From: an uncultured Verrucomicrobiae bacterium
GTDB lineage: Bacteria; Verrucomicrobiota; Verrucomicrobiia; Limisphaerales; JAHDYP01
DNA: 64,000 nucleotides
Direction: 5' to 3'
NCBI GenBank assembly: GCA_963765535.1
Contig: CAVXWU010000004.1
Span: 593,202 to 657,201, forward strand
Position numbers and translations under genes: made by a program. Each line of letters begins with the position of its first letter. Position 1 is the first letter of the stretch. The notes under the pieces are model-generated. The model was not told where the DNA came from, searched no databases, and worked only from the letters and a program-made list of their open reading frames with translations. Positions 45,756 through 53,618 of the stretch are shown here, one piece after another.

Positions 45756-46715
45756 TCACTTACCAACAATTCTCTCAAAGTCTGCTTGCGCTCGTGCATC
45801 GTCTGCAGCCCGCCTCTCTTCCGGTGACATATGCCAATAAACCATTTTGTCATAAGCCTCCTGAGCCTTGTCCGTATAGTATTCTTCAAGCAGCTCAATG
45901 TACTCCTCCGAAATGCCGGATGTGACCGCAGAATCGAGCAGCGAATTGGCTTTGTCCACGAGCACGTTGTACTCAGGTTCTAACGCTTCGATCAAGAAAC
46001 TCCCTGCGATGGGCCTGGGAAGCGGGTCATAGGGACCATCCCAAGTAACCGTGGTGGTCGCTCCAGCATCACGCATCAGGTCGATGAACACATGTGCCTG
46101 CGCCGAATCGAGTGACCAGCCGCGCTTCTCGATCGCATATTGCCGCAGCATCTCATACTCCCGCAGCGCTGGTTTGGAGGCCTCGAACAGACGGTACCGC
46201 TCGTAAGCATCTTCCCCGAGAAGCGACCGCATTTGGTTATCGTACTCGGCACGTGCGATGGCCAGTTGCCCCATCGGTTCGCCCGCCGTATCTGCCTTCT
46301 TATGGAGCTCAACCAAGTTCGATCGCACCTGGGTTATTGCTTCAGGCGTAAGACCCAGCTCTTGCAACACCGGCTCATACAGTTCCGCATCCTCCGCAGC
46401 TTTTCGTGCCAGTGCCGCCTCGATACCTCGCCGGATTACCTCGCGCTTGATCTTCTCACGTTGTTGTTCTTCAGAAAGCTCTGCCTCGGTGCTTTCGGGG
46501 CTGACAGGTTGGATGAGAGCGCGGGGGATATGAAACCTCCTATACGACTTCGTCCGAGCGAGCTTCGCTTGGTTAAGCTCGGCTTGGAGCCTCGCAACTT
46601 CATCTCGAAGGTCAGGAACTGAAACCCACGCCTTGCCCACCAAAAATCCAAGCCCCGACCCAATGAATGCGCAGATAAGCGCCAGGCCGAAACTGAGACA
46701 TGAGAGTGGTCTCAT
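45756..46715 (-). CDS. Hypothetical membrane-anchored, largely helical protein (319 aa)
   Basis: Track ORF. It has an N-terminal hydrophobic anchor (MRPLSCLSFGLALICAFIGSGLGFLVG), followed by a coiled-coil/charged sequence. I recognise no family. It lies in the AT-richer islet. Confidence 0.6.
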   Translation of the reverse strand: MRPLSCLSFGLALICAFIGSGLGFLVGKAWVSVPDLRDEVARLQAELNQAKLARTKSYRRFHIPRALIQPVSPESTEAELSEEQQREKIKREVIRRGIEAALARKAAEDAELYEPVLQELGLTPEAITQVRSNLVELHKKADTAGEPMGQLAIARAEYDNQMRSLLGEDAYERYRLFEASKPALREYEMLRQYAIEKRGWSLDSAQAHVFIDLMRDAGATTTVTWDGPYDPLPRPIAGSFLIEALEPEYNVLVDKANSLLDSAVTSGISEEYIELLEEYYTDKAQEAYDKMVYWHMSPEERRAADDARAQADFERIVGK

Positions 46716-46848
46716 ACGTCTTCAAGGTGCCGTTGCTGCGAACGATCACCATCACCGATAAGCGGAATGCGAGGGCTCGTGATTTTCAAATCGTGCTTCC
46801 GGCCACTCATTCGGTGCATGGTGTAGTTTATCTGACCTTGTTTCAGGA

Positions 46849-47727
46849 TTAATACCTGGTCAAGCTCTCTGGCGGCTTCCGCAGCCCGGTCGCACCACTG
46901 ATGCTCGTGACCCTGCCCTTTGCCGTCAGGGCCAGTTCCCATACGTTCGTTCCCATGTATTTCGAATCGGGCAGGAATGCTGGACGATATTGAGCTAGGC
47001 AAAACTCAAGTGGGAACTCCCAGCCGAGCATGTTGGTCGATGAGGTTACCCAGTACTGGAATACAGGCTTGCTGTCGGACGTGTAGAGTTTCACGCTCTT
47101 CGGCAGACCAAAAGCGTCCTGGAAGACTAGCGTTTGGTCGGAGAAACCCGAGGGAGCGCAGATCAACTCCTTCCATTCGTCCCGAGGTGGGAAAATTAAC
47201 CGCCCTTCGCGCTTGAGACACGGTCCGGAACAAAAAGCCAACCAAGCAATCCGCCCCAGCTCGCAAAGGCGATCCGGCCCAAACTCCAACCGCCTTCCGT
47301 TAGGTCCACAAGCCGACAGGGTTCCTGGATTTCCGTCAAGCGATTCGCACACCCGATTGACCTCCCTCCCAACCGGAGCACCGTCCGGGACGATTTTGTT
47401 GACGATGCTGTGTTCAATGATGTTCGTGCCCGTGAACCAATAAGTGGTTTGAGAATTCGAGCTAAAATCGCCATCCATTTGCCAACTGTTTGTTCCGACT
47501 ACACATTGAACGTTCCAGAAGTAAGGCATGGCTGCTTGTCTTCCCCAATAGGTGACCTCAATCGACGCCGTCACAGTTACGAATTGAGCCCTTGCCGGTA
47601 TTTCCTCTGCCGTAACCGCATCCAACCCATTGCCAGTTCTGGCGAATGTCAAAAGAGCCAGCACAGTTGCGATGGCTGCCAAAGCGGTGCTGTTGGCACG
47701 ACTCTCGGTCCGAAACTGCGTGATCAT
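46849..47727 (-). CDS. Hypothetical exported protein (292 aa), probably the former C-terminal domain of a BlaR1/M56-type sensor
   Basis: Track ORF 46849..47814. ATG 47727 is preceded by AGGAG and gives MITQFRTESRANSTALAAIATVLALLTFA. The same frame stays open upstream into the M56 remnant (47806..47940), so this may be the surviving tail of a larger gene rather than an independent gene. Confidence 0.5.
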   Translation of the reverse strand: MITQFRTESRANSTALAAIATVLALLTFARTGNGLDAVTAEEIPARAQFVTVTASIEVTYWGRQAAMPYFWNVQCVVGTNSWQMDGDFSSNSQTTYWFTGTNIIEHSIVNKIVPDGAPVGREVNRVCESLDGNPGTLSACGPNGRRLEFGPDRLCELGRIAWLAFCSGPCLKREGRLIFPPRDEWKELICAPSGFSDQTLVFQDAFGLPKSVKLYTSDSKPVFQYWVTSSTNMLGWEFPLEFCLAQYRPAFLPDSKYMGTNVWELALTAKGRVTSISGATGLRKPPESLTRY

Positions 47728-48166
47728 GATAATTCTCCTGGTTATCTGACTGCGACGGTTGACGACCGGTATGAAGCTTGGGCAGGGAGCACTAGCGGAG
47801 AATACCTCCGACAACTTGAGCAGCGTCTCGCCGTAGGTGGGTCTCTCCTGTACATCGAGGTGTCGTAGGACCTGGGAATCGCGGAGGATCTCCCGATCCT
47901 GCCGAAGGCGCCGTAATGCGAGCCAGGCAACAGGGTTGAACGTACTCGCGTCCGTGTTCCTCGAAACGAGCCGCCTTTTTGTCCACCAAACGACGCAGGA
48001 GCGTCTGGATGGTTCTGGGTTTCCACCGCATACATGAGCTGAGGGCTTTCACGACGGCGTTGGCAGTCGCGGAGGATTGTGCCCAAAGCACGCGCATGAC
48101 AAGGAGCTCAGCGTCGGAAATGCGGGGGAATCCGGAGTTCATCTGAAGCTGAGAAGGCTTTTTCAC
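47728..48166 (-). pseudogene. BlaI/MecI-type repressor N-terminus joined out of frame to the middle of a BlaR1-type M56 peptidase gene (deletion remnant)
   Basis: Track ORF 47792..48166 begins like BlaI: ISDAELLVMRVLWAQSSATANAVVKALSSCMRWKPRTIQTLLRRLVDKKAARFEEHGREYV. It then turns into non-BlaI sequence. The +1 frame from 47940 reads FNPVAWLALRRLRQDREILRDSQVLRHLDVQERPTYGETLLKLSE. That matches the M56 block WFNP..W...RRLR..RE.ACD..VL......YA.TLL found downstream of HEXXH. No HEXXH segment is present. Confidence 0.6.
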
Positions 48167-48524
48167 AGACTTTATCCGACGACTGTAAGAACTCTATCCT
48201 ACATGTGTGGGATGGGAAGTAATTTCTTCCTCCCACCGGCACTGCCGGGTTAGCCCCCTCACCACCCCGCCAATCGGCTGGGCCGTCCCGCTATTCGGCG
48301 TCGGACCTGAGCAATCCATTCTGCAAGAACCCTTTGTCCAAATCGTTAACGATACAAGGAGTGCTTACGGCGCATCCCAAGCGGGATCCTGGCAAGGTGC
48401 GCATCGCGCGGTTGCTAGTTGACGCGCGGGAAGCCCAATGGAACGAGAGCAGAACAATTGGGAGCCGATTGTCGATAGGGTATGGCGGCTTGCCATGTGC
48501 CTTTCGCCGGCACTAAGCTCGCGT

Positions 48525-49211
48525 ATGCACATTCCGACTTGGCTTCGATCTGGTTTCGTCGTCACTGCCCTCCTGGCCGCAAACGTTTCAACCCGAGCCG
48601 CCGCAGCCGAAACTGAAAGCGCGTTGGAGTCTGAACCCCAGGGTTGGGAGGATATCCTGCCCGGGGTCGACCTGGAGGGCTGGTATCGTGTGCCGGTACC
48701 CCCGGGCGGCAAGCTGGGACGCGAACAGTGGCACGTGGATCGCCAGAAGAAATTGTTGATCTGCGATGGCGATGGGGGCCATGACATGCTCCTGTTCGAC
48801 CGGGAATTCGGTGATGCCATTTTCCATCTCGAGTTCTGCTATACCAAAATTGAGGGGAAGACCGGCTACAACAGCGGCGCCTATGTCCGAAACTCGCGGG
48901 ATGGCGCGATCTGGCACCAGGCTCAGTTCGGTGATGGCAAAGACGGATACCTGTTCGGTGAAACGCCCACGCCGGATGGCAAGAAGAAGTTCTTCATCAC
49001 CAAAAAGGAAGTCGCGGACGGACGGGTAAAGCCTGCTGGAGAATGGAACACGCTTGAAATCACGGCCTCCGGAAAGGTGATTACGCTCTGGGTAAACGGG
49101 GCGATAACCTGCCGGATTGAAGATTGCGGCCTCGCCAAAGGTTACCTCGGCCTGGAAGGCGAAGGCTACCGGATCGAGTTCCGGAATCTTAAAGTGAAAC
49201 CGATCCGCTGA
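48525..49211 (+). CDS. DUF1080 (3-keto-disaccharide hydrolase-like) family protein
   Basis: Track ORF 48438..49211. I moved the start to ATG 48525 (MHIPTWLRSGFVVTALLAANVSTRAAAA). Family-typical blocks are GWEDILPG..LEGW, FGDAIFHLEFCY, YNSGAYVRN, EWNTLEITASGKVITLWVNG and GYLGLEGEGYRIEFRNLKVKPI. Confidence 0.8.
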   Translation: MHIPTWLRSGFVVTALLAANVSTRAAAAETESALESEPQGWEDILPGVDLEGWYRVPVPPGGKLGREQWHVDRQKKLLICDGDGGHDMLLFDREFGDAIFHLEFCYTKIEGKTGYNSGAYVRNSRDGAIWHQAQFGDGKDGYLFGETPTPDGKKKFFITKKEVADGRVKPAGEWNTLEITASGKVITLWVNGAITCRIEDCGLAKGYLGLEGEGYRIEFRNLKVKPIR

Positions 49212-49246
49212 AAAACCGCTTAGCACTACTTCAGATCTGAAAACTC

Positions 49247-50845
49247 ATGAATGCTGCCCATCATCATCATCATCGCCGGCTGGCTCCAATGATCATTGCC
49301 GCGTTTGCGACCCTGGCCATGGTGCACGCCGCCAGCCCGCCCGAACTCAACCTCCCGGTGGCCGACGGTCCCTTTCAGGCTTCGCTCCGTTCGCTCGCGG
49401 ACTACCAATGCCCGGATTGGTTCCGTGATGCCAAGTTCGGCATTTGGGCGCATTGGGGACCGCAGGCCGTGCCGATGGACGGCGACTGGTACGCCCGGGG
49501 GATGTACGAACCGGGGAACAAACACTACACCTATCACACCAACCATTACGGGCATCCGTCGGAATTCGGTTACAAAGACATCATTCCGCTTTGGAAGGCG
49601 GAGAAGTGGGATCCCGACCGTCTGATGCAGCTCTATCAGCGGGCGGGCGCGAAGTACTTTGTCAGCATGGGATCGCACCACGACAATTTCTTCCTCTGGA
49701 ATTCGAAGCTCCACCGTTGGAACTCGGTCAACATGGGCCCGAAACGCGATGTGGTGGGCGAATGGCAGCAGGCCGCCCGGAAATACGGCCTGAAGTTCGG
49801 GGTGTCGGAACATCTCGGCGCCAGTTTCACCTGGTTCCAGAGCAGTCACCGGTCGGATCCGACCGGGCCCAAGGCGGGTGTCCCGTATGACGGGGCCAAC
49901 TCAAACAACTGGGATCTCTATCACTTCCCGGCGGAACCGGGCGACACCGGATGGTACAGCACAAACCCCAGGTGGCAACAGCAGTGGTACGATGAAATCC
50001 GCGAGTTGGTGGACAATTATCATCCCGATCTGTTGTACACCGATGGCGGTGTCGCGTTCGGTCCGGAACACCGGGTCGGCTTGAGCATGATCGCCCATTT
50101 CTACAATCAGGACGCGGTCCGGCACGGTGGGCAGGTGCAAGCCGTGTATACCTGCAAACAGAAATCGGGCGGCCGTTGGATCGAAGACCTCGAACGGGGC
50201 ATCATGCCGGCGATCGATCCACATCCGTGGCAGACCGACACGTCGATTGGCGATTGGTATTACAACCGCAACTGGAAGTTCCGCCCGGTGAGCTGGGTCA
50301 TCCACATGCTCGTGGATAACGTCAGCAAGAACGGCAATCTCCTGCTGAACGTCGTGCAGCGTCCCGATGGTTCGCTCGATGCCGAGGTCGAAGAGATGCT
50401 GAAGCAATTGGCCGACTGGAATGCCACTCAAGGTGAAGCCATCTTCGGCACCCGGCCCTGGCTCGTTTACGGAGAAAGCGCCGTGCGAGTCAAGGGCGGG
50501 AGTTTCAAAGAGGATTTCAAGTATGATGCCCGCGAGATTCGCTTCACCACCAAAGATTCCACGCTCTACGCCATCGCCTTGGGTTGGCCCGAGGACCACC
50601 AATTGATCGTCCACTCACTGGCCAAACCCGCCAACGACGATGTCAACAACATCACCGGCATTCAACTGCTTGGCTACGACGGCAACCTCGAATGGAAGCA
50701 GACCCCCGATGCCCTCGTCGTCACCCTGCCGGACACGAAGGTTTCCGATTACACCGCCTCGCTCAAGATTACGGGGAACAACCTCCGAAACATGCCGTTT
50801 GAAATCGCCGTCCCCGCTATCGTACCGGACGCCCAGGTCGAGTGA
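49247..50845 (+). CDS. GH29 alpha-L-fucosidase
   Basis: Track ORF of 532 aa. Motifs are DWFRDAKFGIWAHWGPQAV, AGAKYFVSMGSHHDNFFLWNS and DLLYTDGG. The N-terminus MNAAHHHHHRRLAPMIIAAFATLAMVHA suggests ATG 49289 as an alternative start. Confidence 0.9.
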   Translation: MNAAHHHHHRRLAPMIIAAFATLAMVHAASPPELNLPVADGPFQASLRSLADYQCPDWFRDAKFGIWAHWGPQAVPMDGDWYARGMYEPGNKHYTYHTNHYGHPSEFGYKDIIPLWKAEKWDPDRLMQLYQRAGAKYFVSMGSHHDNFFLWNSKLHRWNSVNMGPKRDVVGEWQQAARKYGLKFGVSEHLGASFTWFQSSHRSDPTGPKAGVPYDGANSNNWDLYHFPAEPGDTGWYSTNPRWQQQWYDEIRELVDNYHPDLLYTDGGVAFGPEHRVGLSMIAHFYNQDAVRHGGQVQAVYTCKQKSGGRWIEDLERGIMPAIDPHPWQTDTSIGDWYYNRNWKFRPVSWVIHMLVDNVSKNGNLLLNVVQRPDGSLDAEVEEMLKQLADWNATQGEAIFGTRPWLVYGESAVRVKGGSFKEDFKYDAREIRFTTKDSTLYAIALGWPEDHQLIVHSLAKPANDDVNNITGIQLLGYDGNLEWKQTPDALVVTLPDTKVSDYTASLKITGNNLRNMPFEIAVPAIVPDAQVE

Positions 50846-50977
50846 CGGCGTCTTCATAATGCACTGGCTTCTATGTCGTTGATTTGCAGGGCGAGTTGAT
50901 TTTGGTTCTTTGAGCTGGACCATCGGGCAGTAGGGCGCCGTTCGCCAGCACGCCGGGCAGCGTTGCCGCATCAAGGC

Positions 50978-53425
50978 TCAGTCGGTCAACCGGGCGCGGT
51001 AAAACTTCTGGTCCACATCGGCCGTATCGTCGTGAAAATCAATCCCGCCCGCGACGTTCGTAAGGTTGGTCCTCACCAGCCAGGTCTCGAGGTTTTGGGA
51101 CATTTCCACCCGGTACGTCCGGCCGGTTTCGCCGAGCAACGTCGCCATGAAGACCCCTCCGGTCAGGCGCGGGGTTTGCCAGGCGGGTTCAACCACGCTC
51201 TCCAAACGTCCGGCCAGATCTTCGCGTAACTCCGGCAGAGGCAGGGTCAACAGCGCACCGTCGCTGGTTCCCACCGTTTCGCCCAGGCGTTCCGCGGTTT
51301 GGGGCTGGTGCCACAAAGCGCGGTACCGGCCGGCGGGCAGGGACTTGATGCGCAGGGCATCGCCGTCGAACGGCTCGATGACCGCGTTGGTGGCGTTGGC
51401 CGGATAGCTGACTCGCGGGTTTACCACGTAGAGGATGCTATCGCGGCTGCCGCGCAATCCCACCACCACCGGCGACGGACGCCAGTCGTTCGCATAACGC
51501 GCCGGCAGGACGGCCTCGAGTCGGATCCAGTCGAGATAAAACCAGTCACCACCCGCATTCCGGATCTCGACCAAATGCCGGCCCGCCGGCAGGTCCACGA
51601 CGATGTCTTCATTGTATTCATTGTTCACCTGCCACTGGCCGTCCTTGTTTGGCAGGCTGCGTTGGAAGATCTCACTCCGATCCACGAACACCGAGAGGAC
51701 GGCGCCGTCGGACACGGAGTTCACGTGCATGATCAGGCGGGCGGCGTTGGTGAACCAGGCGTCCAATCGAAACGGTGTTCTCAGATCGGGATGGCCCGTG
51801 CCGTGCACGAACGCATTCAAGGCGCTCGCCGACCGGCTCGCGGCGTCGGCATTGGCGACCGCTACTTGGCCATCGAGTTTCGAGCCCCAGTTGCCGTCCA
51901 AAGTCAGAGTCACTATGAACGGCTGGCCTTCGGGCAGCGGGTCGCCCACCTCTACCGGGGGATCGCCGCTGGTCAGGAACTCGAGCGGCTGCCACTCTCC
52001 GTTGCCCCATCCCGACGGCACGAGGAAGTCGCGCAGCGCGCGGTAGGCGGGATACAGGTTGTCCGCGTGGATGTCCTCCCAGAACCACGACATCGAGGTG
52101 CCCACCGATCCGCTGAGGGCGCCCGCCCAGATCCCCTGCCGCCAACCGCGCAAGAAGGGATCCTGTTCGCGCCGCCACCCGCGCCAGTCGGTGCCGAATT
52201 CACCGATCATCATCGGCTTGGCATAGTCCCTCAGAAACCGGCGGGCGATGTCCGGCAACGCTACGGCCGGCTGGGCTTGCGAATAGGAATGGTACATCGC
52301 GAACTCCATCTGCGGCATTTGCCAGATTTCGGGCCGGTCGCTGCTGCCGGTCAGGCTGGTGGTGACCAGGTGGCGCCAGGGATCATTCGTCTTCAACCAG
52401 CCGCCCATTGCCGCGTGCCAGGCCGCGACGTCGGCCGGCTGAAGATAGGAATAGACGTTGTCGATTTCGTTGAAGAACTCCCACGCCAGCAGATTGGGGC
52501 TGTGGCCGTATCGGGCGATGAGGTAGCGCAAGCGTTTCCGGTACATCGCGCGGGCCTCGGGCTTGGTGAAGAATTCGTTCTGGCTCGCGCAGGGGCCGCC
52601 GTTGGCGGCGTTGTACGGGTTGATTTTCCAGTTGTCGTTCCCGCCCCAGTAATCGGGCGTCGTCTCGAACATGCCGTGATAGTCGAAACACAACATGAGG
52701 TAGATGCCGTGCTGCTCGGCGAGACGAAACACGTGGTCCAACTGCCACGCGCGGTCCAGCCGGTAATTCAGGCCGGTGTTGGCCTCGGCCTCGATGCCAA
52801 AGGCCCACGGCGACATCCAGAGCCGGGCGTAGTTCTCGCCCGCCGCCGCCATCGCCGCAAACCAGTCATCGAAATCAAACGTGCCTCGCCCATGATGCCA
52901 GCAGACGCAATGGCCGATCAGCGGCAGCGCCGCGCCGTCCCCCGTCTCAAAATACCAGTTGTTCGACGCAATGCGCACCACCCCCCTCCGCGCCGGCGAA
53001 TCCGGATTTGCGTCCACCACGAAGTCCAGGTTGACCGGCGAGCCTGCGGGCTGGCCGTTCGTGAATATGGTTGCCGTGAGGCGATGCGGGCCGATCTCAG
53101 TCGGTCGAAGGCGGACCCGCCATTCCCCCGGGCTCGCGGTGCTGAGCCTCTCGTCGTCGCCGACCAGGCTGCGGGTGTATTCGCGAAACCAAAACCCCGG
53201 AACCTGCTGCTGGCTTCCCGAGGGCGCATGCAACACTGCATCCACACGAATGATCTCCGGGTCGAACGGATTGCCCACCGCCGGAACGCCGGTTACCGCG
53301 ACCTCGACGAGGTTCCACTGATCTGAGCCGCTGAGCAGCGACAGTTCCGCGGCGGATCCCTTCACGGCACCCGCAAGGTTCGATGCGAGCCACAGCGCCA
53401 TCGGAGAAAGCCACAAACATCTCAT
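50978..53425 (-). CDS. Clan GH-A glycoside hydrolase (GH5-like) with N-terminal DUF5060-like beta-sandwich and C-terminal RFYR-type module
   Basis: Track ORF 50978..53524. I moved the start to ATG 53425 (MRCLWLSPMALWLASNLAGAVKG). The acid/base motif is LLAWEFFNEIDN and the nucleophile motif is PMMIGEFGTDW. The protein ends ..GRTYRVEMSQNLETW...DQKFYRARLTD. Confidence 0.75.
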   Translation of the reverse strand: MRCLWLSPMALWLASNLAGAVKGSAAELSLLSGSDQWNLVEVAVTGVPAVGNPFDPEIIRVDAVLHAPSGSQQQVPGFWFREYTRSLVGDDERLSTASPGEWRVRLRPTEIGPHRLTATIFTNGQPAGSPVNLDFVVDANPDSPARRGVVRIASNNWYFETGDGAALPLIGHCVCWHHGRGTFDFDDWFAAMAAAGENYARLWMSPWAFGIEAEANTGLNYRLDRAWQLDHVFRLAEQHGIYLMLCFDYHGMFETTPDYWGGNDNWKINPYNAANGGPCASQNEFFTKPEARAMYRKRLRYLIARYGHSPNLLAWEFFNEIDNVYSYLQPADVAAWHAAMGGWLKTNDPWRHLVTTSLTGSSDRPEIWQMPQMEFAMYHSYSQAQPAVALPDIARRFLRDYAKPMMIGEFGTDWRGWRREQDPFLRGWRQGIWAGALSGSVGTSMSWFWEDIHADNLYPAYRALRDFLVPSGWGNGEWQPLEFLTSGDPPVEVGDPLPEGQPFIVTLTLDGNWGSKLDGQVAVANADAASRSASALNAFVHGTGHPDLRTPFRLDAWFTNAARLIMHVNSVSDGAVLSVFVDRSEIFQRSLPNKDGQWQVNNEYNEDIVVDLPAGRHLVEIRNAGGDWFYLDWIRLEAVLPARYANDWRPSPVVVGLRGSRDSILYVVNPRVSYPANATNAVIEPFDGDALRIKSLPAGRYRALWHQPQTAERLGETVGTSDGALLTLPLPELREDLAGRLESVVEPAWQTPRLTGGVFMATLLGETGRTYRVEMSQNLETWLVRTNLTNVAGGIDFHDDTADVDQKFYRARLTD

Positions 53426-53618
53426 CGCGCACCAGGGTGCGGATTTGCCGGCGCGCCGGCAAGTCCGCGCTGCATTGCAAGTTGCGTGATCGTCTAGAAT
53501 CCTTGATCGCTCAAACATGTTCACGTGTGAAATTTCCGGGCCGGCATCGAGTTTCTCGTGAAAGGTTTTTCCGTTCTGTCGGTTTTCGTAAGTGGCATCG
53601 CGAACGGTTAACTGAACT

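Noticed and set aside
49259-49273. Five consecutive CAT codons (His5) at the N-terminus of the GH29 fucosidase: an engineered tag?
   Set aside because: There is no vector or linker context and it is only five residues. It lies upstream of a normal signal peptide that can start at ATG 49289. It is most simply a natural CAT repeat in the leader or 5' region.
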